From NCBI GenBank assembly GCA_964510925.1, contig CAZEDS010000004.1, positions 500 through 64,499 of the forward strand: 64,000 nucleotides of DNA. Direction: 5' to 3'. This DNA is from an uncultured Candidatus Saccharibacteria bacterium. GTDB lineage: Bacteria; Patescibacteriota; WWE3; 2-01-FULL-39-13. Under the pieces are notes generated by a model that saw only the letters and a list, made by a program, of their open reading frames with translations, had not been told where the DNA came from and searched no databases. Shown here one piece after another: positions 39,326-50,145 of this stretch. Numbering within the stretch: position 1 is the first letter of the stretch; every line of letters starts with the position of its first letter. Both the position numbers and the translations under genes were made by a program.

Positions 39326-39673
39326 ATGAAATCTAAGAATAATTATCATAAACACAAGGAATACGCTCGAGAAATAATCGTGAAAACAGTCGATAATATT
39401 GCTCAAAAACATGGGTTTTCATACAACCGCATTGCTATTAAAAATCAAAAAACGAGACTTGGTAGCTGTTCAACAAAGAAAAACCTTAATTTTAATTGGC
39501 AGATAATCAAGTTCCCAAAGCCTATTATGGAATATGTCATAAAGCATGAGTTAGCTCACTTAAATGAGCCGAACCACAGCGATAGATATTGGTTCGAAGT
39601 ACAAAAAATTGATCGTGCATATAAAAGACACCATGCGTGGATAAAAGAAAATGCATACAAATATATAGATTAA
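39326..39673 (+). CDS. YgjP/DUF45-like zinc metallopeptidase (start uncertain)
   Basis: QKTRLGSCS, LNFNW, YVIKHELAHL...NHS...W. Confidence 0.8.
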   Translation: MKSKNNYHKHKEYAREIIVKTVDNIAQKHGFSYNRIAIKNQKTRLGSCSTKKNLNFNWQIIKFPKPIMEYVIKHELAHLNEPNHSDRYWFEVQKIDRAYKRHHAWIKENAYKYID

Positions 39674-39723
39674 GAAAATTAGCCTTGCTATATAGACCAC
39701 TAAAAAAGTAGAATATTTTAGCA

Positions 39724-41502
39724 ATGCCTAAAATTAGAGAAAGTGGAGAAGTATCCCAAACAAAAAAATCAATTTTAAAAAAGATTTCGATCTATCGGAT
39801 TATTGGTAGGCTTTTTTTGATTTCATATCTTATCGTTTTTTTTGCTGTAATATATTTTCATTTTAATTATGCTGATAAGGTTTTGCCAAATGTTTATTTG
39901 AATGGTGTTCCTGTCGGTGGAAAAACAGTATCCGAGTTATCAGCAATCGTTGATCAGCAAACATCTGCAGATATTTCAGCAACAATAAAAGTTAAAGATT
40001 ACTCCCGTCATATTTCACAAGAAGATATTACTTTTGTTTATTTGAAAAAGGCAACTATAAAGAAAGTTTTTTTAGTTGGCAGAGAAAGTAATTATATTGA
40101 ATCCTTTAAACAAAAGTTTTTGAGCCTATTTGATCGACATGATATTACATATGAATATAGCTATGATGAAGATCAATTAAAAATATTAACTACAATTGTT
40201 CGAATTGAAGCCTTAAAATCTTTTGAAGAACCTCACTTTCAATTAAGTGGTGATGAAATTGTTTTGGTAGAAGGAAAAAGTGGAGAAACATTTGATGAAG
40301 GATTGGCAAAGAATCTTATTTTAAATCGATTTACTACACTTAATTCTGGAGATGTTGATGTTGAAATAATCGCCCTAAAACCGACATTAAGATTGTTAGA
40401 TATTGAAAGACTAAAACCAGCGCTTAAGGAATATATTGATGCTAAATTCGTATTTAAATTTGAAGAAAAGGTTTGGCCATTTTTACCAAATGATATTTTG
40501 ATGATCTTTAAGCCAATAAAAAAGAATACAGGATCGGAATTTTTGATCGATGATCAAGTTATTATTGATCGACTAAACGTAATAGCAGACGAAATCAATA
40601 GAAATCCAAGAGCTCAAGTTTTAGAAGTAAAAGATGGAAGAGCAATCAAGTTTGAATCTTCATTAACTGGTCGTGCTCTAAACATTGAAAAAACACTTGA
40701 GCTTACAAAGGCCAATTTGCTAGAAAAAAAATCTGAGATTTTACTCATTGTGGATGAATCCAAAGCTCCTCAAGTAAAAAATGATTTTGAAATTGTTGAT
40801 GTTTTAGGTATCGGTAAATCAAGCTTTAGAGGTTCAGATTCAGGGAGAGTCAAAAATATTCAAAATGCAGTTGCAAAGATTGATGGAGTCATCGTTGCTC
40901 CAGGTGAAGTTTTTTCGTTTTTAAAATCTGTTGGTCCTGTAACTAGAGAAAATGGATTTGGCCCAGCAAAAGTAATAAGCGGTGGACGTACTGTTTTAGG
41001 CGATGGTGGTGGTGTTTGTCAGGTTTCTACAACGGTATTTAGATCTGCACTTAATTCAGGTTTGCCAATACTTGAGCGAAATGCACATTCATATCGTGTC
41101 GGTTACTATGAACAAGGATCGGCACCAGGTATTGATGCAACTATTTATTATCCATCGGTGGATTTCCAATTTAAAAATGATACTAATTCGTATATTTTGG
41201 TAGATGCTGATTTAGATGTAAAAAAGATGACTTTAGATTTTATTATTTATGGAAAATCTGATGGTCGAAAAGTTGAAGTTTCTACGCCTCAAATTACTAA
41301 TAAAAAAGCAGCACCAGCAACAATATATATGGATGACCCAACTTTGCCAAAGGGTACTCGTAAACAACTTGAATATTCAGTAGGTGGTGCAACCGTGGTT
41401 TTTAATAGAACTGTTACCCGTGGTGATGAGGTTTTAGCGACGGATTCTTTTAAAAGCGTATATAGAGCATGGGGCGCAATTATTGCGGTTGGTACAAAAT
41501 AA
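39724..41502 (+). CDS. VanW-family protein with peptidoglycan-binding region
   Basis: PGEVFSF, GGGVCQVSTT, ERNAHS, GIDATI, FKNDT. Confidence 0.9.
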   Translation: MPKIRESGEVSQTKKSILKKISIYRIIGRLFLISYLIVFFAVIYFHFNYADKVLPNVYLNGVPVGGKTVSELSAIVDQQTSADISATIKVKDYSRHISQEDITFVYLKKATIKKVFLVGRESNYIESFKQKFLSLFDRHDITYEYSYDEDQLKILTTIVRIEALKSFEEPHFQLSGDEIVLVEGKSGETFDEGLAKNLILNRFTTLNSGDVDVEIIALKPTLRLLDIERLKPALKEYIDAKFVFKFEEKVWPFLPNDILMIFKPIKKNTGSEFLIDDQVIIDRLNVIADEINRNPRAQVLEVKDGRAIKFESSLTGRALNIEKTLELTKANLLEKKSEILLIVDESKAPQVKNDFEIVDVLGIGKSSFRGSDSGRVKNIQNAVAKIDGVIVAPGEVFSFLKSVGPVTRENGFGPAKVISGGRTVLGDGGGVCQVSTTVFRSALNSGLPILERNAHSYRVGYYEQGSAPGIDATIYYPSVDFQFKNDTNSYILVDADLDVKKMTLDFIIYGKSDGRKVEVSTPQITNKKAAPATIYMDDPTLPKGTRKQLEYSVGGATVVFNRTVTRGDEVLATDSFKSVYRAWGAIIAVGTK

Positions 41503-41505
41503 AAC

Positions 41506-41913
41506 TTATTTGAAGATTACTATTTTTACAATATTTCCTGCAATTTGATAATTTATATTTTTTGATTCTTTTTGGTAGGTGTTTTGTTTGACGAGTTTCC
41601 AATTATTTTTTTTGAAATATTCATCATAGAATTTTTTAATATCTTGTTCTTTGCTGTTTGTTTCGATGGAAAAACTTATTGTCTCGTTTGATGTATCAAA
41701 GCTTGTTATTTCTGAATTTGGCAACAATGGGATGTCTTTTATTACTGAATCAGGAATTTTTATGGTCGATTCACCTTGGACTTTTTCTTCATAGATGTTA
41801 TTTATTACGTTTTCGCTTTTTCTTTTATATTCCCAAATCGCATATATTGTTACGGCTAATGGGATGATTAATATTATTGTTATCAAAAATTTTTTTGATT
41901 TTAAGGTTTTCAT
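41506..41913 (-). CDS. hypothetical membrane-anchored protein
   Basis: N-terminal TM helix followed by VQGE. Confidence 0.6.
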   Translation of the reverse strand: MKTLKSKKFLITIILIIPLAVTIYAIWEYKRKSENVINNIYEEKVQGESTIKIPDSVIKDIPLLPNSEITSFDTSNETISFSIETNSKEQDIKKFYDEYFKKNNWKLVKQNTYQKESKNINYQIAGNIVKIVIFK

Positions 41914-42041
41914 AAAGAATTTTTATAAAAGTTTTAATTTTGGTTTTTTAAACTACTAAGTATAAAGAAATGCAATGCGCATATCTTTTACTTGTTAGTA
42001 CATTCTAGCATTTGCACACTAAAAAATGAAAAGGAGATAGT

Positions 42042-43709
42042 ATGTTTACAAATTCTTTTGTGTCAAAAGTTTGTGTTGTAATTGTTTGCGTTTTCGTTGC
42101 TTTGCCTGAGTTGGTTTTTGCACAAGCCGTGGAGCCCGCAAACAATTCACCAGCTGAGAATGTTCATGTTGCAAGTGGTTTCAATTATTTTTCTGAGGAA
42201 GTACCTCAGGAACCTGGGCAGGAAATTGAAACCACTTATGCAACTAAAATTCTTGATTTTGAGAATTTTAATAATTGGGCAGATGTCACAAATTTTTATA
42301 ATAAGTTGGGAGTCACAATTTTGGGAGCAAGAATCGTTACTCAAGGTGTTTCTTTAAATACTCCGCATTATGAGCCCAAATCCGGATTGAATGTGTTGGT
42401 TGATTTGTTGGCGCCTTGGCAAGGTATTACATTCGCTTTTAGTAATCCAGAATCCAAAGTTCATCGCTTTGGGTTTTTCTACACAGCTGGATATTCCTTG
42501 AGCGTTAAAGTTTTCGATTCAAATAACCAACTTTTGCGGCAAGATTTTTTAAATGGCCCCAATTTTTTCCCCAAAGGAACGCCAAATAAAAAATATGAAA
42601 TTTTTACACAAAGTTCTATTATGCGTGTAGAAGTTTCTACAATTCGTTTTGACGATAAGTTTAAAGGTGTGAATTCGTTTACTCTTGACGATGTGTTTTT
42701 TGATCGTGATGTATATTGCGAAAGCGAGGTGACAAAAATTTTTCAAAATGATCCACTTTGGGCAAACGATCATTATGGTGAGTTAAGTTGGAACGGTTTT
42801 AATGGCTTTGCACCTACGATTAAAAATTGGGGTTGTGCTTTGACTGCGGTAACGATGATGCTTAATCAACAGTCTTCAAAAAATGGTCAAAGAGGGACGA
42901 CTCCAGCAGAGCTTAATCAGTGGTTGCAAAATAATTCAGGGTATTCAGGTGGTTTTATCTCGTTTGTGCGTGTTAGTGAGTTTGCCAAAGAAATTCTTGG
43001 TTTGGATATTGAATTTGTTAGGGATACTATAAAGGTTGATGATCAAAGAATCAAATCTGAGTTATGTACCGCAAACACTGTTGTAATGGAGGTTCAATCA
43101 GGTCGTGGTCAACACTTTGTCCTTGGAACTGGATTTAATCATCTTGGTTATCTCATGAACGACCCTATTTCCAAAGAGGATCAATTGCTTAAATTGTATC
43201 CAAAAGGGCCAACGTCTATTCGTTATTTTGCACCAATCAAGAATAATCAATCTTTTGAGTTGATTTCTAGTGGAGATGTTAGTTTGAGAATCGTTGATCC
43301 TTCAGGAAGAGAGCTATCTGTTGGTTTTGATTCAAATTCTAGTAGGAGCGGTTATGTTGTTTCTAAAATTAGAAGCGGAAGTATTTTCGTTGAATCAATT
43401 ACAGCTGAAGGTTCAGAGGGTGCAACTATTTATGGTACGAGGGCAATGATTCAATACCTGATGACTGGCGTTTATACGATTGAATTTGTTGCAGCTAAAA
43501 ACAGTTCTTTTCAAGCTCAAGTAAATACAAGCAGTCCAAATGGAGTATCTCAATACATCTTGGATCACCAACTTGATGCCGGAAAAACATATTCAATGCA
43601 ACTTAACTTCAAACGTGCTGACAAATATTCAGGTGATCCTGGATATTCCGTATTTACAGATTTTGAGGAAAAAACCTTTAAATCCTATCTCCCATTTGTA
43701 GCAAACTAG
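42042..43709 (+). CDS. secreted protein with C39-like cysteine peptidase domain
   Basis: Signal peptide; FQND..W, WGCALTAVTM, TPAELN, HFVL, NDP; AGGAG SD; C-terminal YLPFV. Confidence 0.75.
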   Translation: MFTNSFVSKVCVVIVCVFVALPELVFAQAVEPANNSPAENVHVASGFNYFSEEVPQEPGQEIETTYATKILDFENFNNWADVTNFYNKLGVTILGARIVTQGVSLNTPHYEPKSGLNVLVDLLAPWQGITFAFSNPESKVHRFGFFYTAGYSLSVKVFDSNNQLLRQDFLNGPNFFPKGTPNKKYEIFTQSSIMRVEVSTIRFDDKFKGVNSFTLDDVFFDRDVYCESEVTKIFQNDPLWANDHYGELSWNGFNGFAPTIKNWGCALTAVTMMLNQQSSKNGQRGTTPAELNQWLQNNSGYSGGFISFVRVSEFAKEILGLDIEFVRDTIKVDDQRIKSELCTANTVVMEVQSGRGQHFVLGTGFNHLGYLMNDPISKEDQLLKLYPKGPTSIRYFAPIKNNQSFELISSGDVSLRIVDPSGRELSVGFDSNSSRSGYVVSKIRSGSIFVESITAEGSEGATIYGTRAMIQYLMTGVYTIEFVAAKNSSFQAQVNTSSPNGVSQYILDHQLDAGKTYSMQLNFKRADKYSGDPGYSVFTDFEEKTFKSYLPFVAN

Positions 43710-43798
43710 AATTTTTGCAGGAATGCACATCATAATACTCTGTGCGTATTTAAGTGTGTTATTCCTGCAAGTTTTAAAATAAATTTATCTATGGGAAA

Positions 43799-44932
43799 AT
43801 GGCAAGAATGAAAACTAATATAAGGCAAATAACAGCTAGGGGCAAAAACATTGAATTACCAGATTTTTATCCAGATGCTACAAGAGCAGTAATCCGTGGG
43901 CTTGAATCGCAAGATATCAAAAACGCAGGTATAAACGGCATAATTGTTAATACTTATCATTTGCTGTCGCAGCCAGGTGCCGATGTAATAGGCGAAATTG
44001 GTGGAGTGAAAAAACTAATGAATTATGATGGAACTGTAATTTCAGATTCTGGTGGTTTTCAAATGTTTTCATTGATTCATAAAAATAAATCATTAGGGAA
44101 AATTGATCGAGATACAGGTGTGACTTTTAACTTACATTCTAAAAGCGGAAAAAAGATCTACAACATCACTCCAGAAAAATGTATTCAAATTCAATTTGAC
44201 CTTGGAACAGACATCATGATTGTGCTTGATTATTTCACTCCGTTTGGAGCGAATCCAGATGAGATCGCCCGAAGCGTAACTTGGACAACTGAATGGGCTG
44301 CCAGATGCAAAGAAGAGTTTTTGAAACAGTGTCAAAAACGAGGATTAGATGATTCAACTCGTCCGCTGTTATTCGGCGTAGTTCAAGGTGCACATGATTT
44401 TAAAGAAAGAGAACGTAGTGCAACTGAATTAGAAAACATTGGTTTCGATGGATATGGGTTGGGAGGATGGACTTTTGATTCTACTGGAAAATTCGATCTA
44501 TCAATTATTGAGCATGTGGCTTCAGTAACTCCAGATTCAAAACCTAAATACGGATTAGGTGTAGGAACACCGCAAGATTTGGTTGATTGTATTGCTTTTG
44601 GATATGGGATTTTTGATTGTGTTTTGCCCACTCGAGATGCAAGACATAAACGTTTTTATAGATTTAATAAAGAGCCTTCGTTGATAACTAATATTTTTGA
44701 TGAAGAAAAAGAATCTTGGTATGAGTATTTATATATTGCACGTGAAAAATATATATCAGATACTTCACCTATAAGTGAATATTGCGATTGCTATACATGT
44801 AAAAATTATAGCTTAGCTTATTTGAACCATTTGTTTAAAATTGATGATACCTTGGCATTTAGACTAGCGACTATACATAATTTGAGATTTTATTCACAGG
44901 TAATAAATCTCGCTAGGCAGTCATTAAAATAA
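43799..44932 (+). CDS. tgt: tRNA-guanine transglycosylase
   Basis: NTYHL, DSGGFQ, VQG, FDCVLPTRDARH, CDCYTC...HN zinc site. Confidence 0.92.
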   Translation: MARMKTNIRQITARGKNIELPDFYPDATRAVIRGLESQDIKNAGINGIIVNTYHLLSQPGADVIGEIGGVKKLMNYDGTVISDSGGFQMFSLIHKNKSLGKIDRDTGVTFNLHSKSGKKIYNITPEKCIQIQFDLGTDIMIVLDYFTPFGANPDEIARSVTWTTEWAARCKEEFLKQCQKRGLDDSTRPLLFGVVQGAHDFKERERSATELENIGFDGYGLGGWTFDSTGKFDLSIIEHVASVTPDSKPKYGLGVGTPQDLVDCIAFGYGIFDCVLPTRDARHKRFYRFNKEPSLITNIFDEEKESWYEYLYIAREKYISDTSPISEYCDCYTCKNYSLAYLNHLFKIDDTLAFRLATIHNLRFYSQVINLARQSLK

Positions 44933-44938
44933 TAATTT

Positions 44939-46957
44939 ATGTTTGAAACAATAGAGTTTTTTTATATTTTGCAATTTTATTTATTGTCGATTCTTTATTC
45001 GATAATTTCATTGCCAATATCAGTTCGGATTTTTAAATTTAATGCTGATCGTGGATATCCTTTAAACCGTACTCTAAGTTTGTTGTTAATCTCATATTTA
45101 ACTTGGATATTAAGTTCTGTATTTAAGATTCCATATTCGTCATTAACTATTTGGCTTGTAATTTTGGCATTTTTTTTGGTTTCCGTTTTTACTCGCGCAT
45201 ATAAAAAAGTTTTGGATCGATACAGTTCAAGATGGAAAATAATTTTGTTCGAGGAATTTTTATTTCTGTTTGCCTTTATATTAATGCTTATTTATAGGGG
45301 TTCAAATCCAAGAATTGAAGGCATCGAGAAGTTTATGGATTATGCAATTATCAACGGACTTTTCCGTGGAGAATCTCTTCCACCAAAAGATGTTTGGTTT
45401 AGTCCTTTTGCAATTAATTATTATTACTTTGGACATTTTTGCCTGACAATCATTAATAAGCTTACACAAATTCCAAGTGGAATTTCTTATAACTTAAATG
45501 TTGCATATATATATGCTTTATCGTTTGTGAGTGTCTTTTCTATTGGTTTAAATTTAATAAATATCGAAAAGGATAAATCTAAGGTTAAGAATTTATTGGC
45601 AATATTTATATCATTTTTAGGGGCGTTGATTGTTACCTCTGTGGGCAATTTAGATTACATGTATAAAGTGTTGTTTGAAAAAGTAACAGATTATTTTTAT
45701 GCAGATGCGAGAAGCCTGATTGAATTTACAATAAACGAATTCCCGGCATATAGTTTTTTGATTAGCGATTTGCACGCTCATATTCTAGATATTCCTTTCG
45801 TATTATTGTTTGTTGCATTAGTAATGAGCTATTCATTTGATGCAAAAGTTAAAAGTTCGAAATTATTTTTCTTGGTAACTTCTTTGAGTTTAGGTGCGTT
45901 AGCGGCCGTGAATAGTTGGGATTTTTTTGTATATTTACCATTTTTTGCTTTAGCCGTTTTGATAAATAATTTCAAGAAAATATCTAACGCCGAGAATTTT
46001 ATAAAAAAAGTATTTGTTCCAATCTTATCTGTTTTGCTAATTTCATTAGTTTTCTTTTTGCCTTTTTATTTGAACTTCCAACCGGCATCTGGTGGTGTAG
46101 GTTTTGTTAGCAGTCATTTCGGACTTGCGCCAGTTATCCGAATGTTCGGATTTTTTATTGCCATAACTTTTTTATATGTTGTAAATATTTCATATCGCAA
46201 TGTTTTTAATAAAAGCGATTCGTTTGTATTAGTACTTTTATTTTTTGGGCTTTTGTTGATCTTTGTCCCAAACATAGTTTTCTTAAAAGATATTTATTTT
46301 AAATTAAATCCACCATATTATTTGGCAAATACAATTTTTAAATTGTGGTATCAAGCTTGGATCGTTTTGGGCGTGTCTTCCGGCTATATACTTTTTAAAG
46401 GGCTTAGTTCATTGCCGAAAAAGCCATGGTTAATTCCGAATTTAGTAATAGTCACTTTTTTATTTTTTTACGTAATTAAATACACAATTGTTTCAGTACG
46501 ATATGTAGTAGGTCCAACTTATGAATATAAATCAATTGATGGAACTAAATATTTAGAATTTGGCTATTTAAGTGAACGGAGTTTAATTGATTGGTTATCA
46601 AAAAATATTGTAGGTCAGCCAGTAATTTTAGAAGCCGTTGGAAAACCATATACGATGGATTCCTTAATTTCATCTTATACCGGTTTACCTACAGTCGTAG
46701 GATGGAATGAACATGAGTTAGGTTGGCGAGATGACTGGCCATTAATATCAACAAGAATGGGCGAGGTCGAAAAAATTTATCAGTCTAATTCTATTGATGA
46801 AATCAAAGATCTTTTAAACAAATATGAAATTCAATATATTGTAATCTCCAAAAAAGAACGAGAGAAATATGGCGAAAACGCAGGGCAAACTTTGATGAAT
46901 TTTACGGAGAATGTTTTTATAGATGGAGACGTGCTTTTGCAAAGATATGAAAGATAA
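44939..46957 (+). CDS. DUF2298 (YYY) membrane protein
   Basis: EKFMD, INYYYFGH, INEFP.YSF..SDLHAH, NSWD, NTIFK, TGLPTVVGW..HE..WR. Confidence 0.88.
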   Translation: MFETIEFFYILQFYLLSILYSIISLPISVRIFKFNADRGYPLNRTLSLLLISYLTWILSSVFKIPYSSLTIWLVILAFFLVSVFTRAYKKVLDRYSSRWKIILFEEFLFLFAFILMLIYRGSNPRIEGIEKFMDYAIINGLFRGESLPPKDVWFSPFAINYYYFGHFCLTIINKLTQIPSGISYNLNVAYIYALSFVSVFSIGLNLINIEKDKSKVKNLLAIFISFLGALIVTSVGNLDYMYKVLFEKVTDYFYADARSLIEFTINEFPAYSFLISDLHAHILDIPFVLLFVALVMSYSFDAKVKSSKLFFLVTSLSLGALAAVNSWDFFVYLPFFALAVLINNFKKISNAENFIKKVFVPILSVLLISLVFFLPFYLNFQPASGGVGFVSSHFGLAPVIRMFGFFIAITFLYVVNISYRNVFNKSDSFVLVLLFFGLLLIFVPNIVFLKDIYFKLNPPYYLANTIFKLWYQAWIVLGVSSGYILFKGLSSLPKKPWLIPNLVIVTFLFFYVIKYTIVSVRYVVGPTYEYKSIDGTKYLEFGYLSERSLIDWLSKNIVGQPVILEAVGKPYTMDSLISSYTGLPTVVGWNEHELGWRDDWPLISTRMGEVEKIYQSNSIDEIKDLLNKYEIQYIVISKKEREKYGENAGQTLMNFTENVFIDGDVLLQRYER

Positions 46958-47014
46958 TAAAAATCTTAAACTTTATAAGACAAAAATTTAAAGTAGGTGT
47001 ACGCTAATTAGTAT

Positions 47015-47737
47015 ATGAACATAACAATAAATCTATCCCGATACCAATTTGTAGTATTGACTGTACTGTTTGGTATATTAATTGGGTTATTTACTTCAAG
47101 GCTTGTATACAGTGCAGGCGATACGATTAATGGTTGTATTAAAGTTAATGGTACATTGCGAATATTAACCGGAATTGACACGTGTACTTCTAATGAAACA
47201 CCTATTAGTTGGAGTTCGGGTGGTGGCTCTACTGGAGTTGGGCCAGGAGATTTTTTAAGTACAGATCTTAGTAATAAAGGCCCATTAGCTTGGGGTTGGG
47301 CAACTTATCGTAATTTTAGAAATTTTAATTTTTCGAACACAAATTTGGGTGGACCTGATTTTGGTTATTCTGATTTAAGTGGAGCAAATTTTTCTGGGGC
47401 TTCGATAAATGGTGGAGGACTATCACACGTTATTGCACATGGAGCAAATTTTTCAGGAGCTTCCCTTAATGGCTCATATATTGGATTTGGTGATTTTGCT
47501 GGATCTGATTTTTCTAACGCAAATCTTTCAGATTTAAATGCAGGCACAAGTGGAACTAATTATGTTCCAATGAATGGTGTAATTAATATGGCCAACGCTA
47601 ATTTTACAAATGCAACTCTTCTTAATTCACATGTTTTAACGGTTGCTGATTTTACAGGTGCAATTTGGTCAAATACGATTTGCCCAGATGGAACAAATAG
47701 CGATAGTAATGGCAACACTTGTGTTGGACATCTTTAA
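47015..47737 (+). CDS. exported pentapeptide-repeat protein
   Basis: ANFSG/ASLNG/SDFSN/ANLSD repeats; C-terminal WSNTICPDG. Confidence 0.85.
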   Translation: MNITINLSRYQFVVLTVLFGILIGLFTSRLVYSAGDTINGCIKVNGTLRILTGIDTCTSNETPISWSSGGGSTGVGPGDFLSTDLSNKGPLAWGWATYRNFRNFNFSNTNLGGPDFGYSDLSGANFSGASINGGGLSHVIAHGANFSGASLNGSYIGFGDFAGSDFSNANLSDLNAGTSGTNYVPMNGVINMANANFTNATLLNSHVLTVADFTGAIWSNTICPDGTNSDSNGNTCVGHL

Positions 47738-47842
47738 AAATTCCGGATTAGTGTTTAATAATTAGATTGAAACTTTTATACGAAAGAGTTAATTCTTGTG
47801 TTTGCCCATAGTTTTTATTCCACACAATAACATTAAAATTAT

Positions 47843-48487
47843 ATGAACAAAAAAAATCTAAAAGTTCTTATAATCGTAGTTTGGATTTTGTTGTTGATTT
47901 TTGTTGTATGGAAATTTATTAGTTTGCAGATTCCGATTTCTGATTATCCTCGTGTTCTTGCAAATTTTATAAATCAATTTGGTTGGTGGGCGCCGTTATT
48001 CTTTATTTTATTATTTGTGATAAGGCCATTTATATTTTTTCCTGCGACTATTTTAAGTGTTTCTGTTGGATTGCTTTTTGGAGCAACTAAGGCGATATTG
48101 ATTTTAGTTGTTGCTGAAAATTTGAGTGCATATGTTTCATACAATATTGGGAAATATTTTGGGAAAGACATACTCTCAAAATTCGGTAGTAATAAATCGT
48201 TTGTAAAATCTTTTGAGAAATATTTTCAGCAAAATGATTTTATTGCAATTTTATGCTTACGTTTAGTTTTTGCACCATTTGATTTTGTCGGTTATGTTGC
48301 AGGTGCAAGTTCCATTAAATATAAATCATTTGCTCTTGCGACTTTTATTGGAATTATTCCAGGATTATTATTGTCTGCGTTTTTAGGTGGTTCATTTGCA
48401 AACCCATATTATTTTTTTGTTGTAATTTTTTTATTTTTAAGCACTTTGCTTTTATCTAAATTTATTAAAAAGAAATACACAATATGA
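47843..48487 (+). CDS. TVP38/TMEM64 (VTT/DedA) membrane protein
   Basis: FFPATILS..GLLFG, LRLVFAPFD, ATFIGIIPG. Confidence 0.88.
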   Translation: MNKKNLKVLIIVVWILLLIFVVWKFISLQIPISDYPRVLANFINQFGWWAPLFFILLFVIRPFIFFPATILSVSVGLLFGATKAILILVVAENLSAYVSYNIGKYFGKDILSKFGSNKSFVKSFEKYFQQNDFIAILCLRLVFAPFDFVGYVAGASSIKYKSFALATFIGIIPGLLLSAFLGGSFANPYYFFVVIFLFLSTLLLSKFIKKKYTI

Positions 48488-49863
48488 ATACAGAAAAAAC
48501 TTTTGATTATTTAGTAATTGGTGCAGGATCGGGTGGTCTTTTGGCATATGTTGGATTAAAAAATTTAGGAAAAAATGTAGCAATAGTTTCAAAAAATATT
48601 GGTGGTGATTGTACTCAGTATGGATGTGTTCCATCAAAAACTTTTTTGCATTTGGCCAAAGAATATCGATTAACCATTGATCCAGTTAAAAAAGCTAAGA
48701 TAAAAGATGAATCTTTAAATTCAATTAGAAAAATGGTTCAAGAATTTACACACGAAGAAAATAAACTTGTATTAGGTGAATCATATTTTGATGGCACTGC
48801 GGAATTTATTAATGGAAAAAGCGTAAAGGTTATATACCCAGACAAATCAATCGCAATTATTGGTTTTAGAAAAAAATGTATTATCGCAACAGGTAGTAGT
48901 CCCACAAGAGCTACAATTTCTGGTGTTCCGGTAGAAAAAATTATTACAAATGAAGATTTTTTTGAGTTATCAGTGTTGCCAAAATCAATCACAATAATCG
49001 GGGGAGGACCTATTGGTGCAGAATTTGCGACAGCATGTGCAAGTTTTGGCGTTGAAACATATATGCTTTCGCCTGATTATTTATCTCGTGAACCTAAAGA
49101 AATTTCTGCAAGAAGCTTACAATCATTAAAAAAATTAGGAGTTCAATATTTTCCTTTAAAAGCTGACCATTTAGAAAACAATAGATTGTATCTTGAGGAT
49201 GGAACGAATATTCCAGAAACAGATTATTATTTGATTGCAATTGGTAGAAAGCCAAATGTTCAAGTAGGACTTGAACATGCAAATATAAAATATTCACAAA
49301 AAGGAATAGTCGTCGATAGAAATTTATACACAGCCAATAAAAATATTTTTGCGATTGGTGATTGTACTCAAAACCCACAATTTACACATCTTGCAGCAAA
49401 CCAAGGAAAATTTGTTTTGAAAAAAATATTAATTCCATTTGCTAAAAATTCTGAAAGGTCTTTGCCAAGGGTTACCTTTACGTCGCCAACTATAGCGAGT
49501 GCCGGTCAGCTTGAAGAAAATAATTTCTCTAAAAAATTTGTACTTGATTTCGCAAATTTAGACCGAGCAAAAACTAATTATGATAAAGAAAGTTACGGTG
49601 AAGTTTTTGTAGATATTCGTTATGGATATATTCTTGGGGCATCATTATTTGGTGATTTTGCGGAAGATTTAATAAATGTTTTTACATTAATGATTGATGA
49701 AAAAATTCCATTACTAAAACTCGCAAATTTCATGACTCCATATCCAACATATGGAAATATATTTCATTCTTTAGTCATTGAATATTTTTCATTTATTTCA
49801 AAGGATTGGAAGAAACATCCGATTAGAACTATTTATCAGCTTTGGGGATATGTGCGGTCGTAG
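48484..49863 (+). CDS. class I pyridine nucleotide-disulfide oxidoreductase (Lpd/MerA-like)
   Basis: GAGSGG, GGDCTQYGCVPSK, GGGPIGAE, AIGD, PYPT; overlaps the VTT gene (ATGA). Confidence 0.88.
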   Translation: MNTEKTFDYLVIGAGSGGLLAYVGLKNLGKNVAIVSKNIGGDCTQYGCVPSKTFLHLAKEYRLTIDPVKKAKIKDESLNSIRKMVQEFTHEENKLVLGESYFDGTAEFINGKSVKVIYPDKSIAIIGFRKKCIIATGSSPTRATISGVPVEKIITNEDFFELSVLPKSITIIGGGPIGAEFATACASFGVETYMLSPDYLSREPKEISARSLQSLKKLGVQYFPLKADHLENNRLYLEDGTNIPETDYYLIAIGRKPNVQVGLEHANIKYSQKGIVVDRNLYTANKNIFAIGDCTQNPQFTHLAANQGKFVLKKILIPFAKNSERSLPRVTFTSPTIASAGQLEENNFSKKFVLDFANLDRAKTNYDKESYGEVFVDIRYGYILGASLFGDFAEDLINVFTLMIDEKIPLLKLANFMTPYPTYGNIFHSLVIEYFSFISKDWKKHPIRTIYQLWGYVRS

Positions 49864-49864
49864 G

Positions 49865-50090
49865 GGTGACCCTATGGGGAATGAAATCTCGCTTTGCTCG
49901 ATTTCCAATTTGTCTAAAGTTCGCTTTGCTCACTTTGGCAAATTGCAGAACTTGCTTTGCAATGGTTTGATTCCAGTCATAACGTCAAGAGAAATTGATT
50001 GCTGCTTAATTTAGTACCCTACGGGGAAGCGCTCACTGCGTTCGCTAGGCTTCGCCCAGAACTTTGTGCGGTAGCACAAATGGTTCGTTG
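49865..50090. repeat. two tRNA-Glu 3'-end-derived repeat units
   Basis: GGTGACCCTATGGGGAAT (49865) and GTACCCTACGGGGAA (50014) copy the tRNA 3' end; both units contain CAGAACTT and ATGGTT. Confidence 0.7.
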
Positions 50091-50145
50091 CCTTATAAGT
50101 TCACAAGCAAAATAATACCCACCTATTGGTGAGTCTCATTTTGCT

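Noticed and set aside
39724-41502. Vancomycin resistance locus
   Set aside because: A VanW domain alone is widespread, and no vanHAX or vanRS genes are present.
48484-49863. Mercuric reductase MerA
   Set aside because: No C-terminal Cys-Cys pair, no NmerA domain and no mer genes nearby.
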